From NCBI GenBank assembly GCA_002269645.1, contig NIVC01001511.1, forward strand, positions 248,001 through 312,000: DNA of 64,000 nt, read 5' to 3'. Position 1 is the first letter of the stretch; each line of letters opens with the position of its first letter. The position numbers were made by a program, and so were the translations under genes. The stretch is from Macrostomum lignano. Lineage: Eukaryota. The notes beneath the pieces are model-generated. The model was not told the DNA's origin. It ran no database searches and saw only the letters and a list, made by a program, of their open reading frames with translations. Below, in pieces: positions 13,901 through 24,579 of this stretch.

Positions 13901-14615
13901 CACACAGCTGCTGCAACATTGGCATTTCTGGCTGAAAATGGAGTCCAGTTGGTGACGCATCCCGCATATTCCCCTGACCTGGCACCCTGCGACTTCTTTC
14001 TCTTCCCTTTGGTGAAGAACCAACTGCGTGGGACTCGGTTTGAGAGCCCTGAAGCAGCAAGATTCGAGTTCGAGCGGGTAGTGTCAGCAGTGCCAGAAGA
14101 ACAGTGGGCTGGAGCCTGGACGCAGTGGTTTCACCGGATGAAGAAATGCGTACAAGCGGGTGGCAACTACTTTGAAAAGTTGTGACAAAAATTTTGCTTC
14201 AGACATTTGTGGTTTCGGTGTATCTCAAAACTTTCAGTACGCCCCTCGTATTCCTGTGCATAAATTGATATGATATATCTCCATTTAGGGTAGATATATG
14301 GCTTTCTTGTTCGCATTGAAAATGCATGGAAGCGGGCGAATAAATTGACATTGTACGAGCGTATAAGCTCGAATTTGCAAATATTTCGTTCAAAATAAGC
14401 AAACATTTTCACTCACCTTTTCTCCCTGACTCAGCGTTTCCTGGTTCACTTTTGACTGACTGCTGATCAGACTGCTGTCGCAGCCGCATATCCTCTATCC
14501 AGCTCCACTCTGTCTGTGTCGCCAGGGACATGATACTCAGCTCCCTACCATCAAAGCCTTTCATCACGGCAGACACAGGGTCCGAAATGCCTTGGACGAG
14601 ACACTCCTGATCCAT
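1970..14615 (-). CDS. ERICH6: Multi-exon host gene, ERICH6/FAM194-like protein
   Basis: Exons with GT-AG borders and matching phases, read by hand: 14615-14417, 12011-11913, 11227-11001, 10842-10577, (link unresolved; candidate micro-exon 9392-9359), 8584-8369, 8233-8103, 7688-7624, 7227-7162, 4909-4734, 4169-3868, 3490-3244, 2200-1970 (TGA). The product has CDFCG...LYCCAEF, IDVAPH, TINYSLSS..C..EGW and a FAM194-like domain (FYPNGKKFVTMFADRTGNVFYPSGRLAI...LLGVFD..GRG..YF..GGIR; W.W...PISLALNKTVGLR....I.LSF...KINVG). Family name is from motif recall. Confidence 0.75.
2400..2995 (-). mobile_element. 5'-truncated Penelope-like retroelement (GIY-YIG endonuclease end plus 3' pLTR) in the last intron of the host gene
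   Basis: ORF ending at 2633: VVYQFNC..D..SYVGKTKRHLHTRIREH...CNSC...F.VID....L.ILEALYIK...PNLNTQ, the GIY-YIG domain with the Cys/His insert typical of Penelope; followed by a hammerhead motif. Confidence 0.9.
2411..2460 (-). ncRNA. Minimal type I hammerhead ribozyme of the Penelope pLTR
   Basis: Minus strand reads AAUAUC CUGAAGA UGCACAGUAUCGGGC GAAA CGC GUC GUUAAA: core boxes CUGANGA and GAAA, palindromic ACGCGU stem III, GUC cleavage triplet. Stem I pairs poorly. Confidence 0.8.
3001..3026 (+). repeat. Short interstitial telomeric tract (CCCTAA)x~4
   Basis: TGACCCTAACCCTAACCCTAACCCTA, directly at the 5' truncation point of the Penelope fragment. Confidence 0.9.
8856..8897 (+). repeat. (ATATAG)7 microsatellite, intronic
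   Basis: Seven perfect ATATAG units. Confidence 0.95.
10717..10832 (-). repeat. 51-bp (17-codon) tandem repeat, about 2.3 copies, inside a probable host exon
   Basis: GCCTTTC(A/G)CATTGG recurs at 10717, 10768 and 10819; minus frame gives LQLSDTNVKG twice, 17 aa apart. Confidence 0.8.
12938..14248 (+). mobile_element. Full-length mariner (Tc1/mariner DD34D) transposon, probably irritans subfamily
   Basis: 28-bp TIR CGAGGGGCGTACTGAAAGTTT(C/T)GAGATA (right copy 14221-14248), TA at 12936-12937 and 14249-14250; left TIR has 3 extra bases (TA-CGAG-GAG-GGGCGT). Sits antisense in host intron 12012-14416. Subfamily inferred from the TACGAGGG TIR start. Confidence 0.95.
13124..14185 (+). CDS. Mariner transposase, 353 aa, uninterrupted
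   Basis: WVPHNL, TGDETW, YDPETK, HHDNA, HPAYSPDLAPCDFFLFP; D,D34D triad present; no stops or frameshifts. Confidence 0.97.
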   Translation: MELTNRDFRAMIVYDQRKGLTQEQCIESLRAAFGDQAPSRATVFRWYSECKWGRSSLDDEPRTGRPASAVTNENIAAVRRMIDEDRRVTCAEIRDALGIGSAAVTTILHDKLGASKRCARWVPHNLTEDQKAERVRWCEFMLERFDSGASKRCWEIITGDETWVYQYDPETKQQSAVWLLPDDATPTKVKRARSVGKQMVATFFSQAGHLATVALQDRRTVNADWYINQCLPLVLDAWRRRRPRTGLRGLLLHHDNASAHTAAATLAFLAENGVQLVTHPAYSPDLAPCDFFLFPLVKNQLRGTRFESPEAARFEFERVVSAVPEEQWAGAWTQWFHRMKKCVQAGGNYFEKL

Positions 14616-15925
14616 TTGTTGATTTCTCTGTGATTTTAGATTGTACAGTTTTTTATTTTACTTACATGGCACAATTGTTAATAATGGAAGGCAATATTTC
14701 TTCAACTATTTGAGACAACATGATCGAATTAAATATTTTTATATCCACTGAGAAAATATATTATTTTATATTATTCTGCAGTATAAAGTCATAGATAAGC
14801 ATAATTTAACTTAAATAATTTTTAATGATGCAGTTTAATTTGGTTTCTCTCTACTAAATAACAACAGAAATAGATGTACCATACAGTAAAATACAGAGTC
14901 CATATTCTACAACACAATCCTTTGTCAATTAATTTGCTTTTATGCTTTCTTTGTTGTTATTGTATACTCATCAGTTTAATTTATGGTTTAGTTATTGTAA
15001 AAAATGAACTAGCATAATTTATAACGTAATGTTTAATATGAAAAAGTGAAAAAGTGAAGTAAAAATAAAGTACGAAATCAAACATCTAAACCTTTTTCAA
15101 ACAATAGAAAAGCCACTGTCAAGATAAAATGAAAGCCAAATAACAAATTATGAATTTGCGTATTTGCGGCTCGAAAACTGCACGTACCTGTCATCAACGT
15201 ATACTCAGCGACGCAAAATTAAACGTGTTCAAAACTACGTTGTAAACTATTTATTGGCTTGAAAAAGGTGAAAACCGGGGACGCAACAAACTTAAATATT
15301 TTCGTTGCTGTAAGCCTCAAAGCAATGTAGTTACAGAATTTAATTTAAATTGTAGAACCAAACAGAAAATAAAAACACACATACAACAAATAATTCATAG
15401 ACTAACTGTATTCCAAATGTTAATAAAATTGTCAGCTATTGTTTTAATGAAAAAATTAACGACCTTTAAAGAAAGTGAATAATCTACAGTTTATATTTAC
15501 TTATAGCTTGGAACTAAAATAAAAATAAGAATTTAACGCACAGCCTTTTGTGTATAATGGTGATGTTTCATTGTGCTAGCTAGCTGCACGAGTTTTTTAT
15601 GCCCAGCGCAGTATGCAACCGTATACCGTGATATATCTCGAGCCGAATGTTACGGACGGACAAGAATCTACTCTCAACTATTTTTGGTGAAAAATTCTAA
15701 ATGTCGCGGCGTGGATAAAAGACGCGGTGGCCAAAAATATAGAACACATGCACTTCTGAAAGTTAACCTCAATGTACATGTACTCCGACGTATTTTAGTA
15801 CATGTATATTGTATATATACGAGGTATATGTTTTAGTTATACGTATACGTATCTATCCGTATACTATATCCGTGCTTAGCATTTGTTCACTAATTCATTC
15901 TTAGCATCAAGGACGACTTAAGTAG

Positions 15926-16299
15926 GAGCCTCTTCATATCGCCGGTTCGAAAAATGGAACCGGTTCCGAAACCGCGGTTCGACGCTCTTACATATCGATG
16001 GTTCGAAAAACAGAATCAGTAACGGAACATGGTTCTGGTTCTAGAATATGGTTCGAGAAATTTTCTCGAACCGTTGTCATGTTTACACTTTAACATTAAA
16101 ATACATTTGAAATCGTCAATTTTTTATTATTTGTTAATAATTATTCCGTTTTTGTATCCGAAGTCAAAGAACGACAAAGTTAAATTGTAAAGACTATCAA
16201 AAATAAAAATGGGTTCGAAGCTCCTTATTTCACACTGGTTCTGTGGTTCTAGAACTCGAATTTATTCTGGTTCTAGAACCGATTGCCGTGAAGAGGCTC
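15926..16299. mobile_element. MITE, PIF/Harbinger-like, with 3-bp TSD
   Basis: Ends GAGCCTCTTCA...TGAAGAGGCTC flanked by TAG (15923-15925 and 16300-16302); many internal GGTTC/GAACC motifs; a second left-end copy starts at 16303. Confidence 0.7.
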
Positions 16300-16775
16300 T
16301 AGGAGGCTCTTCATATTGCTTGTTCTGGTTCTAGAACCAGAACCAATTTGTAAAGTATAACTTTTTGTCGCCTAAACTAGAGGGATATTACTGCTTTAAA
16401 ATTGTGATTATTGAATGGCAATAGCCAAGAAGAAAGTGAAAAATTGTGCAAAGTGAGGCTGTTAAGGCAGTCAAACATTCAACAAAGTTAAATAGTTATA
16501 CTGCTTTTTTCTTGGAAATCCGAACCGATTCTGGTTCTGGAATCGAAGCCTCATTTAAATCAAGTTGTGTGTGCATTTCTTTGGCATTGTTGTTGTTGGG
16601 CAATTTACCATCTGAAATCTGTGTTTATATAAAAAACCTTACTGTTGCTTCAGTGCAGGTCTCCAATCTTGCATAGCGTGATGTTGAAACGTCAGAAACT
16701 GTACGATTTCGTAGCTACAATGGTTTGTAACTTTGAATTTGTAAAATAACCAGCTTGTACTCGTAGGTAGTTATA

Positions 16776-18150
16776 GAAGAACAGCAACAAAAAATACGCA
16801 GTCGCCCCAGTAGTCAGTGGAGGGAGCGTCAGATGACATGTCGAAGCGCCAGCAGGCGAAGAATCAATTGTCCGGCCCATTAGTTGACAGTGTCGGGCGC
16901 CCCAACGTTGCTCAGGATGCAGTCCACGTATCTCCGTGTCCTCGGTCGCTTGAGCCCGCCTGAACTGTTCCAGCAAAGTGAGCGGCAGGACGTCCTGGAC
17001 AGGCTAGGGCAATAGCCCGGATCACGTAGCGCCTGTCAGTTGGAGTCGCCGTCTCGCTGCAGGATGGTACACCCTTGGACAGGACGCTTTTGTCAGCCTG
17101 AACGCATGGAGCAGCCCCGCGGGCCGAGTGATCCAATTGTTTAGCTGTTGCTCCAGCGTGGCCGTAACATCGGGACGCTAGAATTCGCGCGACTGGATTT
17201 CGCGCGATCTGGCATTCGAGCGACTGCATTTGCGCGACTGGATATCGCACGACCTGGAATTGAAGCGCGCGACTTCTTTCTAGCGACTGGATTTCACACG
17301 ACTGGATTTAAATCCAGTCAATCGAAATCCGGTTGCGCGAAATTCAGTCGCGCGAAATCCAGTCGCACGAAATTCTACGTCGCGCGAAATCTAGTCGCTT
17401 GAAGTAAGTCGCGAGAAATGATGCAGTCGAATTCAATTTCAAGTCGCCTAAAATCATCCGATTCGCGCAAAATCCTCGTGCGCAGAAGACAATTAGCGCA
17501 AAATCCAGTAGCGCGAATTCTAGCGTCCCTTGAACATCCACGTCTCTGCAGCGTTGTCGAGCAACACAGTCTCAACAGCCGAGCCCTCTGACGATCGGGC
17601 AGCGCTTTGGACTGAAGGATGACGCGAATCGACCGGTAGGCCGTCCAGGCAAGTCCTCTCGATCTAGATCTGCGTCGCCGAATTTCGTCCTCAACGTTGG
17701 GCATCAGACCGTCGAGGTGAACCGCTGACAGCGCGCGAGGTTGGTCGTCTGCCCGTCCGCGCCGCGGCATTACGCTGTGGTGACGGCAGACGGCTTGTCT
17801 GACCTGTCTGAAACTTCGTTTAGGAGTGCTACACAGAGCGACACATTCTAGCGCCGTTCCTCTTCGTGCTGCTCCTGGCATGGATTGTGCAGCTTAGGAA
17901 CGGACCCCCTTCAGCAGGCGACGGCTTCCTGCTGCGCATGCAGACACATCGGTCGCCGCCACAACGAGAAGCGCCTGAGCGGTTCTGGTGGGCTACGCCG
18001 ACGACCTCACACTCCTGTCCTCAACTGTAGATTAAGGTTGGTCGAGGTGGCATCAAAGCGTCGGCCTATTTGTCGACACGCTGAAAGACCGAGGCGCTGG
18101 CATGACCATCTCAGCGAGCCGATATCCCAGCGGAGCTGACATATCACCAT
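16776..18150 (-). mobile_element. Decayed RTE-like non-LTR retrotransposon with inverted 5' part
   Basis: Minus strand about 17815-16776: CQRFT..GL.PNVEDEIRRR..LAWTAYRSIRVILQ...ETW..TATLE, GHVIRA-like segment, short GTT/CTT tail. Plus strand about 17820-18150: GVLQGDTLAPFLFV-like, GYADDLTLLSSTV, LVEVASSVGL, KTEAL, with many frameshifts. Confidence 0.8.
17172..17529. mobile_element. MITE with internal CGCG/ACTGGAT repeats inserted into the RTE fragment
   Basis: TIR GGGACGCTAGAATTCGCGC(G/T)ACTGGATTT at 17172-17200 and reverse complement at 17501-17529; AACATC duplicated on both sides; RTE reading frame (ETW..TATLE) resumes across it. Confidence 0.85.
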
Positions 18151-19480
18151 ACAGCGATATGATGGCGTCAACTAGCTGCTGGGGACTCGACAGGTTTGTA
18201 GGACAAAAGGAAGTGTTACTCTAAGCACTGAATCAAATGCCATAATAATTAAAACCCCTAAAAAATGCTGAGTAAAGGCCGAGACCTTTCACAGAGTTGT
18301 AACTCCTTTAATTTCCTATTTTTCCGAGGTTCATTCTGGCGCGTACAGACTCAATTCATATGCAATTATTTCCAGCTTGTACATTGTTTCATTTTACGAA
18401 ATTGTACCTTTAAATGCATAATCACATGCAAGGGCCCGCGTCACCATGCGGGACAGGGGCTGACATCGGGACAACTGTGCATACGTCCCCCCTGGCCTGA
18501 GTGAAAGCTATGAAAAAGCGAACAAAATGAGTGTCTGTGTGGCAATAAAATTGAGTGTTAAAAACACCGATACAAAAAATAATGTAGGAATTTCGTCACT
18601 AAGAATTCTTGACTTTGTCCCCCGCCATAAAATCCATAGCGACACGCTCACGCCCCTGATCACATGCATGTTAAGAATTACATCTAATTGTGCAACATAT
18701 TTACATGTTTAATATTTGATCAATTAGATTTGTAACGTCTGTAGAGAAATTACAATTAATCAATTCAAGGTGCACTATTGGATTAATTTACATATTGACT
18801 GTATTGAGTTATTGATAAAATTTTTACGACAATTACATGTATTATTCTGGAGAAGTAACATCATAATCTTATAAATTACATGTATCCTTTCTTATATTTT
18901 TATCTCAATATTTTTATTTCACATGTAATACTCAAAACCCATGTTTTATAAGGACCTTTAACTTTTAAGAATTTTTTGGCGTCAATTGAAACCATTATTT
19001 GAATTGCTATTAGTTAATTTATATTAATTTACCACAATATTTTTGAGTTCAAAGTAATTGTAGTTAACTTAATTGTAGTTAACTACTGTCTTTATCAAGT
19101 GTAAAAAGAACGGAATTTTTTTATAAATGTCTACTAGTTTCTTTGTTTATTCATTCTACATATTAGTTTTTATCATATTACGAAGAGCTCTTACTTCATA
19201 TTGTTATCGTCACATTATCACATACAACGATAATGATAGATCGAGCTGCTCCTAGATCGAACCGTGGTTTTTTGAATATTCGCCTCTAAAATATTACTTA
19301 TTTCTACCAAAAAATTTAAATAAAATGAGAAAACGTTTAAATAACATTGTATTTTATTATTTTTTGAAACATTATTGTCAACTTTATTCTTAAAGCAGTA
19401 AACATTTGTTTTAATATGCGTTGTAACATATTCCGTTACGGCGGGATTTTAAAGTACGATTTGGGAACTGGAACTGAAAA

Positions 19481-22310
19481 ACCGGTCAACTAACTACTGA
19501 ATTCACCGGCACTTGGGTTCACCGGATTTTTAACTTTATTTTTAAGGCTTAAAAATATACATAATCGATAGCGCAAGTAAAACTAGAGATGCGCCTAGAT
19601 TTTTGGCTCTGCGCGTTGCCCCTGGACATCAGGAGGGCGATTTTTGTTATTTTTTGGGGGGTGAAACCGGCGGTGAACCCAATAAATCCTTCCAGAGAGC
19701 TGAAAACCTGTCATGCAATATTTCAAAGCAAAATATAGGCAGATTTCGACGTGCGCATAAAATTTCAGCGTTGCGCGTTGCTCCTGAACTGCAGGAGAAC
19801 GTTTTTTTGTTAAATTCCGGTGTTGAATGACTGCCGCTAAACTCCGCGGTGAACGAAATTAAGTGCGTTTCCCGAGTCGAAAAATAGTAAATTTTCCTAT
19901 TAAAAAAGTTATCAAATTAAAGTTTTATCACTTTCATCAGCATTTTTGCACTCAATTTTGTGTTGACTGTTAAGCTATTTATTTTAATGCAAAGCGAAAA
20001 CATTAAAAAATATTTCGAACTGCGAGTCTTTATTGCGCAACGTGGCAGCAGGCAGTTACAGCGCACTTGCGCATAAAAAATACATTATATTTATACGCCG
20101 TGTGGTATTTTTGTGGCCATACTTAATAATGAAGCCTTTTATGCTGTTTTACTTCCTATATTTTTAGATTTATTTTTCAATTACGTCTTGAAACATGCAG
20201 TCAAAGTGTTAATATCAGTATAGGCAATAAAATAAAATTGGCATTTCTTGGCTTGATGCTTTTTACAACTTGTTAAAACCTCTATTTTAATATTTCTTCT
20301 CTTCTAATAAGTCAAATTATAAACATAATATCTATTTAAGATTCCATAGTGCTTTTCCATTAAGTATAAATTCAATTATATCAGGCAGGCACTTAGTATA
20401 CTTTTATAAAATAATAACTATAACATGCAATAAAAATATTGACTATACTAGCCTATTTAATTACTTGTAATTTTATGTAATATTACTAGCCAATAAATAT
20501 TTTTATATTTGATTTCATTGTAATTATAAAAAATTTAAAAAATTCTGTATATTTATAACATTGTTGACTCATAAAATTCTTTCTCGTTTTTTCTCCTAAC
20601 CATAATTAATATTTCAAAAAATATACATCAAGAATTATTAATTTTTCTTGATTTGTAAATAAAAATATTACCCTGCAATTTTCAATATTTTTCATGTATT
20701 TTATGTAAAATGCGCAATTTCATGTGTTTTTTGTGTTTCCATCAGTTTAGCTTGGGCTAACTAGAAACTGCAGACTGACAGAATGCATTTCTTTCTCCGG
20801 GATATTGCTTCTTTCTAAGTTAAAGAGACCAATATGCTCATTAGGAGTAGCTTTATGCCCAGAAGCACAGTACGCACAATAAATTGTGTTTTTTGTGTTT
20901 CCATCAGTTTAGCCTGTTATTGGGCTATCTAGAAACTGAAGACTGACAGAATGAGCATATTGGTCTCTTTAACTTAGAAAGAAGCAATATCCCGGAGTAA
21001 GAAATGCATTCTGTCAGTCTGCAGTTTCTAGTTAGCCCAAGCTAAACTGATGGAAACACAAAAAACACATGAAATTGCGCATTTTACATAAAATACATGA
21101 AAAATATTGAAAATTGCAGGGTAATATTTTTATTTACAAATCAAGAAAAATTAATAATTCTTGATGTATATTTTTTGAAATATTAATTATGGTTAGGAGA
21201 AAAAACAAGAAAGAATTTTATGAGTCAACAATGTTATAAATATACAGAATTTTTTAAATTTTTTATAATTACAATGAAATCAAATATAAAAATATTTATT
21301 GGCTAGTAATATTACATAAAATTACAAGTAATTAAATAGGCTAGTATAGTCAATATTTTTATTGCATGTTATAGTTATTATTTTATAAAAGTATACTAAG
21401 TGCCTGCCTGATATAATTGAATTTATACTTAATGGAAAAGCACTATGGAATCTTAAATAGATATTATGTTTATAATTTGACTTATTAGAAGAGAAGAAAT
21501 ATTAAAATAGAGGTTTTAACAAGTTGTAAAAAGCATCAAGCCAAGAAATGCCAATTTTATTTTATTGCCTATACTGATATTAACACTTTGACTGCATGTT
21601 TCAAGACGTAATTGAAAAATAAATCTAAAAATATAGGAAGTAAAACAGCATAAAAGGCTTCATTATTAAGTATGGCCACAAAAATACCACACGGCGTATA
21701 AATATAATGTATTTTTTATGCGCAAGTGCGCTGTAACTGCCTGCTGCCACGTTGCGCAATAAAGACTCGCAGTTCGAAATATTTTTTAATGTTTTCGCTT
21801 TGCATTAAAATAAATAGCTTAACAGTCAACACAAAATTGAGTGCAAAAATGCTGATGAAAGTGATAAAACTTTAATTTGATAACTTTTTTAATAGGAAAA
21901 TTTACTATTTTTCGACTCGGGAAACGCACTTAATTTCGTTCACCGCGGAGTTTAGCGGCAGTCATTCAACACCGGAATTTAACAAAAAAACGTTCTCCTG
22001 CAGTTCAGGAGCAACGCGCAACGCTGAAATTTTATGCGCACGTCGAAATCTGCCTATATTTTGCTTTGAAATATTGCATGACAGGTTTTCAGCTCTCTGG
22101 AAGGATTTATTGGGTTCACCGCCGGTTTCACCCCCCAAAAAATAACAAAAATCGCCCTCCTGATGTCCAGGGGCAACGCGCAGAGCCAAAAATCTAGGCG
22201 CATCTCTAGTTTTACTTGCGCTATCGATTATGTATATTTTTAAGCCTTAAAAATAAAGTTAAAAATCCGGTGAACCCAAGTGCCGGTGAATTCAGTAGTT
22301 AGTAACCGGT
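19481..22310. repeat. 2.83-kb foldback palindrome: 1.36-kb inverted arms, 107-bp spacer
   Basis: 19481-20842 is the reverse complement of 20950-22310 with only a few differences seen (e.g. 20585, 20794, terminal CA/T). ORF track shows the same 75-aa ORF at 19603(+) and 22189(-). AT-rich, no coding potential. Confidence 0.97.
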
Positions 22311-22328
22311 CATCCGTGTTACAACGAT

Positions 22329-22413
22329 AAAGCGGTAAACTACGTGCGCATCGTGGCTTACAAAGCTACAGCCTACGCGTATAGTCGTAGCTTTACGGGT
22401 AGTTTGCCGCTTT
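22329..22413. other. Terminal 85-nt stem-loop of the left giant arm
   Basis: AAAGCGGTAAACTAC (22329-22343) pairs with GTAGTTTGCCGCTTT (22399-22413); inner stem AAAGCTAC (22362-22369)/GTAGCTTT (22387-22394). Confidence 0.85.
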
Positions 22414-23898
22414 CAATGCGGAACATATACCTTTACTTTGTACTTTTACATAGGACGGGGAATAAGCGCTAATTTAAATGCGCATGATGACCCAGGATGG
22501 TAGTCAGCAGCGGTGCTGCGCTCAGGGTGCAATCATCTGATATACTAGGCCAGCAATTGTTGCCTTAGAGTTATAGTAGAAAGAAAGCCTTTTATCTGAC
22601 CTTCATAGGTAATATTGTACTGTAGTATTGATCGTCCTTTTTAGATTGTTGAATATTAATTGATTTAACAAGCATTGGTTATAGTTATAGCATTGCTCAA
22701 TAAAATGTAAATCTACTACAGCTACTTTCTAGGTCAATTAATTGGCTGGCTGACTAAGGATTCAAGAAGATTTTGCCTTTGGATTGTTGAGCATTATATA
22801 TATAGGCCTAGACACCTAGTTAATCTTTTGCAGTCAATTTGCTTAATAGAAGAGAAACCTTTATTTCTATAAGGGAGGGAATAATATGTGGCTCTAATTA
22901 AGATATAATTTATTAATGAATTAGATATGGACAATGTCATAATTGCATATAGACCTAACATAGGCCTAGCACCTAGGCTATTGTTATTCTATATTGTCAT
23001 CATAATGAATATAGTAGGCCTAGGCCTAACACTAGGCATAGCAATTAATTTAGAAAAAATATTTTTGCTAGGGGCCTAGGCCTATATCAATATTCAGGCC
23101 TAATTGTAGTGCTTTCTAATATTAATTATTTTTACAAATAAACAATATACCATTTTTATTTACCACTTATAAATAAAGAATTAGAATAGATAAGCCATCT
23201 AGGAGTAGCATGGGAGAGTAGTCATTTTAGGCCCTAAACTTCATTTTGCTTATATTAGATCTATATATAATTAATAAAGCTTTGAATATAAACCATTTTC
23301 TTTTTATATCCTTATTCTTTTCTATTATTATTAGCATTTTTTATCCTAGCTTCCTTTCCTTTTTTTTCCTTTTATGCTATTCTAATAATATTCTTTTCCT
23401 TTATTCCTTTTTGTTATCCCTTCTCCCACCTTATTTATCATATGAATCCTTTTTCTATCCCTTTTGCCATGCTTCCCCTTATCTTCTATATCATCCCCTT
23501 TTTCCTATTCTACCTAACTATTACCTATAATAACTTTTTATGATGTATACTATTCATTCCTTTTTATTCTTTTTCTTTGCCATATTGCCCTTTTTTATTA
23601 TCATTTTTCTCTCTTACCTCTTTAACATTTTTACTTACCCCTAGACCTTGCCATTCCATTCTCCCATTCTTTTTGCTTACCCCTACCCTTGACATTCTTC
23701 TCCTTGCCTATGTTTGTTATTCTTCTACTTTCTTTTCATTCTTATATTTTTTCTTCTATATTCCTTGCTAAACTTCCCTTCTTCCCCTATCCTTGCCATT
23801 CCTGTCTTCTTTGCCATTCCTTTCCTCTTCTATCCTTGCTGCAATTCCCCTCCTCCCCCATCCTCTTTGCCATTCCTCTTTGCTTTGCTCTTTTTTCT

Positions 23899-24480
23899 CC
23901 CCTTTAAACCCCACCTTCTCCTCCCTTTCAGACCCCACCCTCTCCTTCCCTTTAGATCCAACTCTCTCTTCCCCTTCAGACCCCACCCTCTCCTCCCCTT
24001 CAAATTCCACCCTCTTGTCCCCTTCAGACCCAACTCTCTTCCCCTTCAGACCCCACCCTCTCCTCCTCTTCAGATTCCACCCTCTCCTCCCCTTCAGACC
24101 CAACCTTCTCTTCCCCTTCAGACCCCACCCTCTCCTCCCCTTCAGATCCTACCCTCTCCTCCCCTTCAGACCCCACCCTCTCCTCCCCTTCAGACCCCAC
24201 CCTCTCCTTCCCTTCAAACCCTCTCCTCCCCTTCAGATCACACCCTCTCCTCCCCTTCAGACCCCACCCTCTCCTCCCCTTCAGACCCCACCCTCTCCTT
24301 CCCTTCAAACCCTCTTCTCCCCTTCAGATCACACCCTCTCCTCCCCTTCAGACCCCACCCTCTCCTCCCCTTCAGACCCCACCCTCTCCTTCCCTTCAAA
24401 CCCTCTCCTCCCCTTCAGACCCCACCCTCTCCTCCCCTTCAGACCCCAGCCTCTTCTCCCCTTCAGACCCTACCCTTTTC
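23899..24480 (+). repeat. 24-bp polypyrimidine minisatellite (CCCCTTCAGACCCCACCCTCTCCT), about 24 units, left arm
   Basis: Direct reading; grades out of a degenerate CT-rich tract at about 23300-23900. Confidence 0.95.
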
Positions 24481-24579
24481 TCCTTTCCAGCCTCACCTCG
24501 TAGTTCTGCTAATTAAACTTTAACTATACTTTTTAGAAGAAGTGAAGAAGAATTTCTCTTCTTCTTCTCTTTAGAATGT

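Noticed and set aside
13162-14060. Overlapping antisense and alternative-frame ORFs within the mariner
   Set aside because: Shadow ORFs of a GC-rich transposase gene.
19603-19830. 75-aa ORF duplicated at 21962-22189
   Set aside because: TTG start, no motif; duplication only reflects the palindrome.
23246-24523. Phe/Leu/Pro-rich ORFs and mirror ORFs at 46405-47681
   Set aside because: Translations of the pyrimidine tract and 24-bp minisatellite; several frames are open for compositional reasons.
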